DNA of 32,000 bases from Halomicrobium mukohataei DSM 12286 (lineage in GTDB: Archaea; Halobacteriota; Halobacteria; Halobacteriales; Haloarculaceae): positions 2,520,001-2,552,000 of the forward strand of contig NC_013202.1 in the NCBI RefSeq assembly GCF_000023965.1, in the 5' to 3' direction. The notes under the pieces are model-generated. The model was not told the DNA's origin. It made no database searches and saw nothing but the letters and a program-made list of their open reading frames with translations. The number at the start of each line of letters is the position of its first letter. Positions within the stretch are counted from its first letter, which is position 1. Of the stretch, positions 17,328-25,238 are shown piece after piece. Both the position numbers and the translations under genes were made by a program.

Positions 17328-17738
17328 TCACTCGAGTGCTTCTTCCGGCGGCGCGACGTCGAGGACGGTGAGCGACAACTCCTCGCCACGCCGGTCGAAC
17401 GCGGCGATCGACTCCTCGTCCCAGGGCGGGACGGCGACGAAGATCACTTCGTGGAGGTCGTCGGTCTTCGTCACGTCCAGACGGCCCTCGGGGTGTGAGA
17501 CGAATCGGCCGTTGCTCTGGGCGACCGGTGTCCCCAGGTCGAAGCCGAAAACAGCACTGACGGAGTTGCCGGCGCTGGGCATGTAGAAGTGTGTGAAAAC
17601 GTCGGTCGTCGGGTCCAGATCGGCCTCCGGAAGGTCGCCGGCCGGCGTGACCGAGACGGCGACGGTCACGGAGTCCGGATCGGCGTCACGGCCCATTCCG
17701 AGCAGCGACTCGACGAGGCCACGCGTCGCGTAGATCAC
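17328..17738 (-). CDS. Hypothetical protein, possibly a degenerate MPN/JAB-like fold
   Basis: The 136-aa acidic ORF has RFVSHPEGRLDVTKTDD, which resembles the JAMM HSHP...S..D region. It lacks the upstream E..CG and the first His. The stop codon directly abuts the IS right end. Confidence 0.35.
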   Translation of the reverse strand: MIYATRGLVESLLGMGRDADPDSVTVAVSVTPAGDLPEADLDPTTDVFTHFYMPSAGNSVSAVFGFDLGTPVAQSNGRFVSHPEGRLDVTKTDDLHEVIFVAVPPWDEESIAAFDRRGEELSLTVLDVAPPEEALE

Positions 17739-17779
17739 GGTTGTACTTCGACACGAACGCTCATAGTTCCGTCGTCGAC

Positions 17780-18454
17780 CTACCCGAAGATGAACTCTCT
17801 GGCGGTCCTGGCGTACAGCGACGGAGCCCGCGTCCGCGAGCCGTCGAGGGCGTCCTGGACGGCCGCCGCCGCGTCTTCGTGGATCCCCGCGCCGTGGCCG
17901 ACGAGGACCCGCTCGGGCGAGAGGCGGGCGAGCTTCCGCGGCGGGAAGAGCCGCAACATCGGGTGTACGCCGAGCCGCTCGCCGCTGGCTCGGAAGTACG
18001 ACGAGGTGCCGAGCGACTCCGGAACGACCAGCGTCTCCGTGTCGTCGCTGTACAGCGCCGCCTCCTTCCAGAAGCCGTTGTTCTTGAGCTCGTACAGTTC
18101 ATAGCCCGTCTCGCCCAGCTCCCGCTCGATCAATTCGACCGGGGCCGAGAAGTCGTCTGCGATCTCGCGCATGAACGCCGGCACGTGAACCGCAACGTCG
18201 TGGCGGTTCGCGACCGCGGCGGCGTCTCGCTTGTGCCGATCCAGCAGGACGGCGACGCCCGACACCGACCCGAGGTCCGTGACGAGGTCGTCCAGGCCAT
18301 CGTGGTCGACTGGGTCGACGAGCCACACCTCGCCGTCGACCTCGATGGCGTGGCTCGCTCGCCGCATCGTCTCGTCCGGGTAGGCGAGCCAGCCGACGCC
18401 GTGGTCCCAGCGATCGATCTCCTGCCAGTCCGTCGCGGAGCCGGATCCTTTCAT
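17780..18454 (-). CDS. Hypothetical protein, possible metallo-beta-lactamase-fold relative
   Basis: The 224-aa ORF starts at the ATG at 18454 (MKGSGSATDW...). VAVLLDRHKRD occupies the position of an HxHxDH-like motif but is degenerate. The assignment is weak. Confidence 0.4.
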   Translation of the reverse strand: MKGSGSATDWQEIDRWDHGVGWLAYPDETMRRASHAIEVDGEVWLVDPVDHDGLDDLVTDLGSVSGVAVLLDRHKRDAAAVANRHDVAVHVPAFMREIADDFSAPVELIERELGETGYELYELKNNGFWKEAALYSDDTETLVVPESLGTSSYFRASGERLGVHPMLRLFPPRKLARLSPERVLVGHGAGIHEDAAAAVQDALDGSRTRAPSLYARTAREFIFG

Positions 18455-18617
18455 CGTGTCCGTAGTAGGGACAGGAAACACAAAAGCACGCCCCCGCGGG
18501 ACGGTAGTTCACCACGGAGAGTGTGACAGCGTCGACAGGAGCGGCTGGAACGCGCCCGCTGCGGGTGCGCTCGGAGACCGTCGCCAACGCCTTTGGGACG
18601 GGCGACGTAGGATCCCC

Positions 18618-19304
18618 ATGGTCGGTGCGCCCCGACACCTGACACTCGAAGTGAAGTACCTCGACCGGGCACGGGAGTTCTACGGGTCGGTGCTGGACCT
18701 TCCGGTCCGCGAGGACGGGGGCGACGAGGTCGCCTTCGGTGCGGGCGACGCGACGCTCTGGATCCGGACGCCGGGAGCGGTCCCGCGCGGTGGTCTCCAC
18801 ACTCACTACGCGTTCTCGGTCTCCAGAGCGGCCGCCGACGACTGGTACGAACGCCTCGACCGGCAGCTGACGGTCGACGAACATCGGTTCGGTGACGACC
18901 GTTCGCTGTACTGCTACGACTCGGACGGCAACTGCGTCGAACTCGCAGCGACCGTCGACACCGGTGACGGTGTGGTGGGGCTGTTCGAGATCGTGCTCGA
19001 AGTCGAGGCGCTCGACAGCGCCGTCGACTTCTACCGGACGCTCGGCTTCGAGGTGATCGATCGTGGCGACCAGCGCCGTCGGGTCCGGTTGACCACGGGC
19101 GAGATCGACCTCGAACTGTGGGAACCGCAGCTCGGACTGGCCGACGCCCGCGGCGGCGTCCACGTCGACTGGGGAGTCGAAGCGGCCGCTCCGCGGACGC
19201 TCACGGAACGGGTCCGGGAGGCCGCACACTCCGTCGAACACGTCGACGGCGGCAGTCGGCTCCGCGATCCGGACGGCCACTACCTCACGCTGTTCGAGCC
19301 GTAG
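18618..19304 (+). CDS. VOC (glyoxalase/bleomycin-resistance/dioxygenase) family protein, two-module
   Basis: The ATG at 18618 gives MVGAPRHLTLEVKYLDRAREFYGSVLDLPV. The second module is LFEIVLEVEALDSAVDFYRTLGFEV and the protein ends LRDPDGHYLTLFEP. These are typical VOC beta-alpha-beta-beta-beta repeats. Confidence 0.75.
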   Translation: MVGAPRHLTLEVKYLDRAREFYGSVLDLPVREDGGDEVAFGAGDATLWIRTPGAVPRGGLHTHYAFSVSRAAADDWYERLDRQLTVDEHRFGDDRSLYCYDSDGNCVELAATVDTGDGVVGLFEIVLEVEALDSAVDFYRTLGFEVIDRGDQRRRVRLTTGEIDLELWEPQLGLADARGGVHVDWGVEAAAPRTLTERVREAAHSVEHVDGGSRLRDPDGHYLTLFEP

Positions 19305-19388
19305 TCTCGGGGACCGCTGTCGGCCCGTGCGGATCGACCGTCCGCTGTCGGCGTTCGACTCCGACCGTTCGGCTCGTACTGCCGGCTG

Positions 19389-19691
19389 TCACTCCAGTCG
19401 GTCGGTGTCGATCGTGACGCCGGGCGGGGTGACGATCAGGAACCCACGGAAGTGGACGAGTTCGCCGCCGGCCTCCTTCACGTCGCGGGCGAAGCCAGAC
19501 GCCAGTTCGTTCAGGTCGCCGTCGACGTTCAAAACCAGGACTGCACCGCCGTGAATCGTCTCCAGCCACTCGTCCGGATCGGTCGAACCGTCCAGAACGC
19601 CCAGCACGATTCGGTCGGTCCCGTCCCCGCCCTCGTCGGTGTCCATCTGGTCTTCGACAGCCTGCAGGTCGAGCCCCTCGAACTCACTCAT
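19389..19691 (-). CDS. SepF-like (DUF552-like) small protein
   Basis: The 100-aa ORF has an acidic N-terminus. Then GGAVLVLNVDGDLNELASGFARDVKEAGGELVHFRGFLIVTPPGVTIDTDRL parallels the SepF core pattern (...vvvnl..l.......r..d.l.G.......i....flltP..v.i). Confidence 0.5.
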   Translation of the reverse strand: MSEFEGLDLQAVEDQMDTDEGGDGTDRIVLGVLDGSTDPDEWLETIHGGAVLVLNVDGDLNELASGFARDVKEAGGELVHFRGFLIVTPPGVTIDTDRLE

Positions 19692-19802
19692 GCTCTGTCT
19701 CTGGGAGCCGAGTGAAAAAAAGCCTCCTCTCGCCGTCGCCCTGGGGCGGGCGCAGTTGCTCCCGTCGTCTGCGCCGCCACCGACGGCTCCGTCTGGTGTA
19801 CC

Positions 19803-19886
19803 TATAGTAACAATTGAAACGATTTACACACCGATCGCACTGCTGTCGTGCGATCGGGTGTGCATTGATTTTCAATGGCTACTATA
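19803..19886. repeat. 84-bp AT-rich palindromic element, copy B (inverted relative to 3360..3443)
   Basis: It is the exact reverse complement of 3360..3443 (84/84). It lies in the divergent intergenic region between the SepF-like gene and leuA. Confidence 0.95.
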
Positions 19887-20008
19887 TCGAGAGAATGATC
19901 GCTCTCGGAGAGTGTCACGGTACAGTGTGGCACGGGCGGCCTGTGTCGAGCGGTTCGACGGCTGTCGAGGGCGACGGGAGACGTATCACTCAAAATAGGC
20001 ATGGACAG

Positions 20009-20020
20009 GTTTAAATATAC
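20009..20020 (+). promoter_or_regulatory. TATA box for the leuA transcript (leaderless geometry to ATG 20044)
   Basis: GTTTAAATATAC is centred about 29 nt upstream of the ATG at 20044. Confidence 0.6.
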
Positions 20021-20043
20021 GGAGCGTCCCGTATCAGACGATT

Positions 20044-21268
20044 ATGTCCAACAACATAGAGGGCACGTCGGAATCTCCGGCGGATCGAGTTCTTCCAGGG
20101 CACACTGGATTCCACTTCTGAGATTACAGAAGCACGTATTTTCGATACGACGCTACGTGACGGCGAGCAGTCGCCACGAACGTCGTTTAGTTACGAAGAC
20201 AAACGAGAGATTGCAGCGATTCTCGACGACATGGGTACCCACGTCATCGAGGCGGGGTTCCCGGTCAACTCCGACGCGGAGTTCGAGGCCGTCCGAGACA
20301 TCACCGAGGCCAGTTCGGTGACGGTCTGTGGGCTGGCCCGCGTCGTCGAGAAGGACATCGAGGCGGCACTGGACGCCGGTGTGGATCTGGTCCACACGTT
20401 CGTCTCGACGAGCGACGTACAGCTACAGGACTCCATGCACGCGACCCGACAGGAGGCACTCGACAGCGCGATCGAGTCCGTCGAGCGCGTCAAGGAGGCC
20501 GGTGTGGAATGCATGTTCTCGCCGATGGACGCCACGCGCACCGACGAGGACTTCCTCGTCGACGTGATCGAGGGCGTCTCCGAGGCGGGGACCGACTGGA
20601 TCAACATTCCCGACACCTGCGGCGTCGCCACGCCCCGTCGGTTCTACGACCTCATCGAGATGGTCGACGCGGAGACCGACGCGCGCATCGACGTCCACAC
20701 CCACGACGACTTCGGGCTGGCGTCGGCGAACGCCATCTCGGGGTACGAGGCCGGGGCGGCCCAGGCACAGGTCAGCGTCAACGGCATCGGCGAACGCGCC
20801 GGCAACGCGGCCTACGAGGAGGTCGTGATGGCACTGGAGAGCCTCTACGACGTGGAGACGGGGATCGACACGACCCGGATCACCGAACTCTCCGCGATCA
20901 TCGAGGAGAAGTCTGGCATCGACGTACCCGCGAACAAACCGGTGGTGGGTGCGAATGCCTTCTCCCACGAGAGCGGGATTCACGCGGCGGGCGTGATCGA
21001 GAACTCCGACACGTTCGAGCCCGGCGTCATGACCCCCGAGATGGTCGGGGCCAAGCGCCAGCTCGTGCTGGGCAAGCATACGGGCCAACACTCGGTCCGC
21101 GAGCGTCTGGTCGACGCCGGCTACGATCCGACGGACGAGCACGTCCGGGAAGTGACCCGGCGCGTCAAAGACTACGGCGCAGAGAAAAAGCGGGTCACGA
21201 TGGCGGAGCTGCGACGCTTCGCCGAGGACATCGGCGTCCCCGAGTCCCAAGAGGAGGTCCGGGTATAG
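20044..21268 (+). CDS. leuA: 2-isopropylmalate synthase / citramalate synthase family (short form), with apparent +1 frameshift near 20075..20090
   Basis: The reading frame ending at 21268 encodes ...RIEFFQGTLDSTSEITEARIFDTTLRDGEQSPRTSFSYEDKREIAAILDDMGTHVIEAGFPVNSDAEFEAV..., with the catalytic DTTLRDGEQ motif. That frame has a TAG at 20057 and no ATG, GTG or TTG before M at 20231. The promoter-proximal ATG at 20044 is in another frame and stops at 20119..20121. Confidence 0.8.
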
Positions 21269-21628
21269 CGATGCCTCCTCGACCGGTTCGCGACCGTCAC
21301 AAGCGGCTGGTATCGGCCGGCCGACGCGTCCGACGAGCCGTGGGTGAGCGTGTCGTCCGACAGATCGTGTCACGGAACGCTTATTATGTGGCACGCACAG
21401 AGACTCGACACGATGATGGCGCAGGCTGGTGCCAGGGTTCGCCCCGCAGACAGCCGCGCGACCGCGATTCTCGGCGGCCGTATTGTAGGGGCTGTCTAGC
21501 CCCTCTTCTCACACACTTCTCAGCGATCGTCGGACCGGTTTTCCACCAATCACAGGAGACTCCAGCAATGCATACACACACACGACCACGCAGAACAGCA
21601 CGCAAAACAGCACAGCGAGGTGAGTGCG

Positions 21629-23389
21629 ATGAGTGAACGAGCGTCGGTCCAGGCCGACGAGGCCGACGCCGACGAGGACGAACCGGAGCCGGCCCCGGTC
21701 ACGACCGGCGCACAGTCGGTCGTCAGGGCGCTGGAAAACGCGGGCGCGGAGTACGTCTTCGGCGTCCAGGGCGGCGCGATCATGCCCGTCTACGACGCGC
21801 TGTACGACTCCGAGATCGACCACGTCACCATGGCCCACGAACAGGGCGCGTCCCACGCCGCCGACGCGTTCGGCATCGTCTCGGGCGAGCCCGGCGTCTG
21901 CTTTGCCACGTCTGGCCCCGGCGCGACGAACCTCGTCACCGGACTGGCCGACGCCAACATGGACTCGGACCCGGTGATCGCGCTGACCGGCCAGGTGCCG
22001 ACGGAGTTCGTCGGCAACGACGCCTTCCAGGAGACGGACACGGTCGGCATCACCCAGCCGGTCACCAAACACAGCTACTTCGCCGACGACGCAGACACCG
22101 TCGGCACCGAGGTTGGCGAGGCCTGGGCGCTGGCAAACGAGGGACGGCAGGGACCGACGCTGGTCGACCTCCCGAAAGACATCACGAAAGGGGAGACGGA
22201 CGTGGAGCCGGCGGCCCCCAAGCGGCCAGACACCTACGACGTGCCAGAAGAGGCCGACGACGAGAACGTCCAGGAGGCCGCCGACGCGCTGGCGGCCGCC
22301 GAGCGGCCGGTCGTCCTCGCGGGCGGCGGCGTCATCAAGGCCGACGCCGCCGACGCGCTGCGAGACTTCGCCTTCGAGTACGAGATTCCGGTCGTCACGA
22401 CGATGCCGGGGATCGGGAGCTTCCCCGAAGACCACGAGCTCTCCCTGGAGTGGGCGGGCATGCACGGCACCGGCTACGCCAACATGGCGATCACCAACAC
22501 CGACTGCATGCTGGCGATCGGCACCCGCTTCGACGACCGGCTGACGGGCGGAATCGACTCCTTCGCACCCGACGCCGACATCGTCCACGTCGACATCGAC
22601 CCGGCCGAGGTCAGCAAGAACGTCCACGCGGACTACCCGCTGATCGGCGACGCTCGGGCCACGCTCCGGCAGCTGTACGACGCGATGCCGTCGGCACCGG
22701 ACGCCGACGAGTGGCGCGAGCAGTGCCAGGAGTGGAAGGCCGAGTACCCCATGGACTACGAGACGCCCGACGACGAACCGCTGAAGCCACAGTACGTCGT
22801 CGAGCGGTTCAGCGAGGTAACGCCCGACGACACCATCGTCTGTACCGGCGTCGGCCAGCACCAGATGTGGGCCTCCCAGTTCTGGGAGTTCACCGAACCC
22901 CGCACCTGGGTCTCCAGTCACGGACTGGGGACGATGGGCTATGGCGCGCCAGCCGCCATCGGTGCGAAGCTGGCCGCGCCCGACCAGGAGGTCGTCTGCT
23001 TCGACGGTGACGGCTCCTTCCTGATGACCGTCCAGGAGCTCTCGGTCGCCGTCCGCGAGAACCTCGACATCACCTACGTCGTCCTCAACAACGAGGCCGT
23101 CGGGATGGTCCGCCAGTGGCAGGACGCCTTCCACGAGGGTCGTCGGATGGCCTCCGAGTACCCGTGGGTTCCCGAGTTCGACAAGCTCGCGGAGGCCTTC
23201 GGCGCGCGCGGCTTCCGGCTGGAGGAGTACGACAACGTCGAGGAGACGATCCAGGCGGCACGCGAGTACGACGGCCCCGCGGTCGTCGACGCGATCATCG
23301 ATCCCGCAGAGAACGTCTATCCGATGGTTCCGAGCGGCGGAGACAACGGACTGTTCGCACTGAACGAGCGACATCTGGAGCAACTATGA
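21629..23389 (+). CDS. ilvB: Acetolactate synthase large (catalytic) subunit, ThDP-dependent
   Basis: GAQSVVRALENAGAEYVFGVQGGAIMPVYDAL, the ThDP motif GLGTMGYGAPAAIGAKLA...DGDGSFLMTVQEL and the tail VLNNEAVGMVRQWQ are present. I chose the ATG at 21629; a GTG lies at 21620. Confidence 0.95.
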   Translation: MSERASVQADEADADEDEPEPAPVTTGAQSVVRALENAGAEYVFGVQGGAIMPVYDALYDSEIDHVTMAHEQGASHAADAFGIVSGEPGVCFATSGPGATNLVTGLADANMDSDPVIALTGQVPTEFVGNDAFQETDTVGITQPVTKHSYFADDADTVGTEVGEAWALANEGRQGPTLVDLPKDITKGETDVEPAAPKRPDTYDVPEEADDENVQEAADALAAAERPVVLAGGGVIKADAADALRDFAFEYEIPVVTTMPGIGSFPEDHELSLEWAGMHGTGYANMAITNTDCMLAIGTRFDDRLTGGIDSFAPDADIVHVDIDPAEVSKNVHADYPLIGDARATLRQLYDAMPSAPDADEWREQCQEWKAEYPMDYETPDDEPLKPQYVVERFSEVTPDDTIVCTGVGQHQMWASQFWEFTEPRTWVSSHGLGTMGYGAPAAIGAKLAAPDQEVVCFDGDGSFLMTVQELSVAVRENLDITYVVLNNEAVGMVRQWQDAFHEGRRMASEYPWVPEFDKLAEAFGARGFRLEEYDNVEETIQAAREYDGPAVVDAIIDPAENVYPMVPSGGDNGLFALNERHLEQL

Positions 23390-23985
23390 CCGGTGGGATG
23401 CCAGGGCCGGCCCCGGACGAGCGGATGCGTCCGGAAGGGCGGCGCAACACGCAAGGTATTCGAATCGACCCCGAGGCGGAGGTCACGCACGAGCCACGCG
23501 AGGCCGTGCTCTCCGCGCTCGTGAAACACGAGCCCGGCGTCCTCTCGGAGGTGTCGAGCCTCTTTAGCCGCCGGCAGTTCAACATCGAGAGCCTGACCGT
23601 CGGTCCGACTCACGACGACGGGGTGGCCCGGATGACGATCGTCATCGAGGAACCCCAGCCCGGCATCGAGCAGGCCAAAAAGCAGCTTCGCAAGCTCGTG
23701 CCGACGATCTCGGTGACGGAACTGGACCAGCAGAACACGCGCCGCGAACTCGCACTGATCAAGGTCAGCGGCGAGAAGCCAGACGACGTCAACGCCGTCG
23801 CGGACATGTACGGCGGGAAGGCGGTCGATGCGACCGCCGAGTCGGTCACCGTCGAGCTGACCGGCAGCAAGCAGAAGATCGACGCCGCCGTCGGCGCGTT
23901 CGAGCAGTTCGACGTGCAGGAAGTCGTGCGGACCGGAACCGCAGCACTTGAAAGAGGGGCCGACACACTGGAGAACGATGACTGA
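23386..23985 (+). CDS. ilvN: Acetolactate synthase small (regulatory) subunit
   Basis: It has an ACT domain ([35 protein letters not shown]). The ATG overlaps the ilvB stop (ATGA). Confidence 0.9.
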   Translation: MTGGMPGPAPDERMRPEGRRNTQGIRIDPEAEVTHEPREAVLSALVKHEPGVLSEVSSLFSRRQFNIESLTVGPTHDDGVARMTIVIEEPQPGIEQAKKQLRKLVPTISVTELDQQNTRRELALIKVSGEKPDDVNAVADMYGGKAVDATAESVTVELTGSKQKIDAAVGAFEQFDVQEVVRTGTAALERGADTLENDD

Positions 23986-25012
23986 CAAACTCACGACCGA
24001 CGTTTACTACGACGAAGACGTAGACGCATCGCACATCGAAGACAAGACCGTCGCGATCCTCGGCTACGGCAGCCAGGGCCACGCACAGGCCCAGAACCTC
24101 GACGACAGCGGCGTCGACGTGGTGGTCGGACTGCGAGAGTCCTCGTCGTCCCGGACCGAGGCGGAAGCCGACGGACTGCGCGTCGAGACGCCCGCGGCCG
24201 CCGCCAGCGAGGCCGACATCGTCGTCATGCTGGTCCCGGACACGGTCCAGCCCGACGTGTACGAGACCATCGAGGACGGCCTCGACGCGGGCGACACGCT
24301 CCAGTTCGCACACGGATTCAACATCCACTACGGCCAGATCGAGCCCGCCGCGGACGTGGACGTGACGATGGTCGCGCCCAAGTCCCCCGGCCACCTCGTG
24401 CGCCGCACGTACAAGCGCGACGAGGGGACGCCGGGTCTGATCGCCGTCGAGCAGGACGCGACCGGCGACGCCAAGCAGGAGGCACTCGCCTACGCCCGGG
24501 CCGTCGGCTGCGCGCGAGCCGGCGTCATCGAGACGACCTTCCAGGAAGAAGTCGAGACCGACCTGTTCGGCGAGCAGGCCGTCCTCTGTGGCGGCGTCAC
24601 CGACCTCGTGAAGGCCGGCTTCGAGACGCTCGTCGACGCGGGCTACGCCCCCGAGATGGCCTACTTCGAGTGTCTGAACGAGCTCAAGCTCATCGTCGAT
24701 CTGATGTACGAAGGCGGTCACATGGGGATGTGGAACTCCGTCTCCGACACCGCCGAGTACGGCGGGCTCACGCGCGGTGAGTCGGTGATCGACCGCGAGG
24801 GCATGGAGAAAATCCTCGAAGAGGTCCAGAACGGCGAGTTCGCCCGCGAGTGGATCTCGGAGAACCAGGCCAACCGGCCGGCCTACAAGCAGTACCGTTC
24901 GGCCGAACAGAACCACCAGATCGAACGCGTCGGCGCGGACCTGCGCGAACTGTTCGCGTGGGACGGCGAGGACGCCGACGCCGACGCTGCGGAAGCACCA
25001 GCGGACGACTGA
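23978..25012 (+). CDS. ilvC: Ketol-acid reductoisomerase
   Basis: It has the Rossmann motif [19 protein letters not shown], plus [10 protein letters not shown] and [10 protein letters not shown]. The start overlaps the ilvN stop by 8 nt. Confidence 0.95.
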   Translation: MTDKLTTDVYYDEDVDASHIEDKTVAILGYGSQGHAQAQNLDDSGVDVVVGLRESSSSRTEAEADGLRVETPAAAASEADIVVMLVPDTVQPDVYETIEDGLDAGDTLQFAHGFNIHYGQIEPAADVDVTMVAPKSPGHLVRRTYKRDEGTPGLIAVEQDATGDAKQEALAYARAVGCARAGVIETTFQEEVETDLFGEQAVLCGGVTDLVKAGFETLVDAGYAPEMAYFECLNELKLIVDLMYEGGHMGMWNSVSDTAEYGGLTRGESVIDREGMEKILEEVQNGEFAREWISENQANRPAYKQYRSAEQNHQIERVGADLRELFAWDGEDADADAAEAPADD

Positions 25013-25013
25013 C

Positions 25014-25238
25014 ATGAGCAACATGCACGACGTGGATCACACGCATCCACACACGGACGAATCGTTCGGCGGCGCGTTCCGTCGCGGCCCGACAGTGGTC
25101 GCCGACGGCGGCGAGCGGCCGACGGAGACAGACGAAGCGGAGACCGACACCATGGACGACGTGGACCACGAGTCTCCCACTGAAGGCACGACCCGCGTCT
25201 TCGAGCGCGGCACAGAGGGACGGACGGATTCCGTATGA
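25014..25238 (+). CDS. Small acidic His-containing protein of unknown function embedded in the ilv-leu operon
   Basis: The 74-aa ORF has about 80% GC3, counted by hand. Its ATG is 1 nt after the ilvC stop, and its stop overlaps the leuC ATG (ATGA). It has an internal duplicated motif, M-x-DVDH-x2-P...F-x-RG. Confidence 0.6.
   Translation: MSNMHDVDHTHPHTDESFGGAFRRGPTVVADGGERPTETDEAETDTMDDVDHESPTEGTTRVFERGTEGRTDSV

Noticed and set aside
3360-19886. The 16.4-kb block as an integrated element or genomic island at tRNA-Thr.
   Set aside because: There is no integrase and no direct repeat of the tRNA 3' end. The flanking repeats are inverted, not direct. The cargo is core metabolism (aroA, aroC, gch3, tRNA-Ser) with ordinary composition.
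20044-20121. The 25-codon leaderless ORF upstream of leuA as a bacterial-style leucine attenuation leader peptide.
   Set aside because: It has only one Leu, one Ile and one Val codon and no regulatory codon run. No alternative terminator/antiterminator pairs are evident. A frameshifted leuA N-terminus explains it better.
21271-21636. A 121-aa basic ORF filling the leuA-ilvB spacer (MPPRPVRDRHKRLV...).
   Set aside because: Third-position GC is only about 55% by hand count, against about 80% or more in real genes here. It is highly basic. I treat the region as non-coding/regulatory, and only the terminal 22-codon uORF is kept as a weak hypothesis.
21509-23383. A 624-aa ORF antisense to ilvB, with similar antisense ORFs over ilvC (23846..25024) and glpR (29191..30399).
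   Set aside because: They are exactly antisense to genes with unambiguous enzyme signatures. Their composition (Arg/Val/Gly-rich, basic) does not fit an acidic haloarchaeal proteome.
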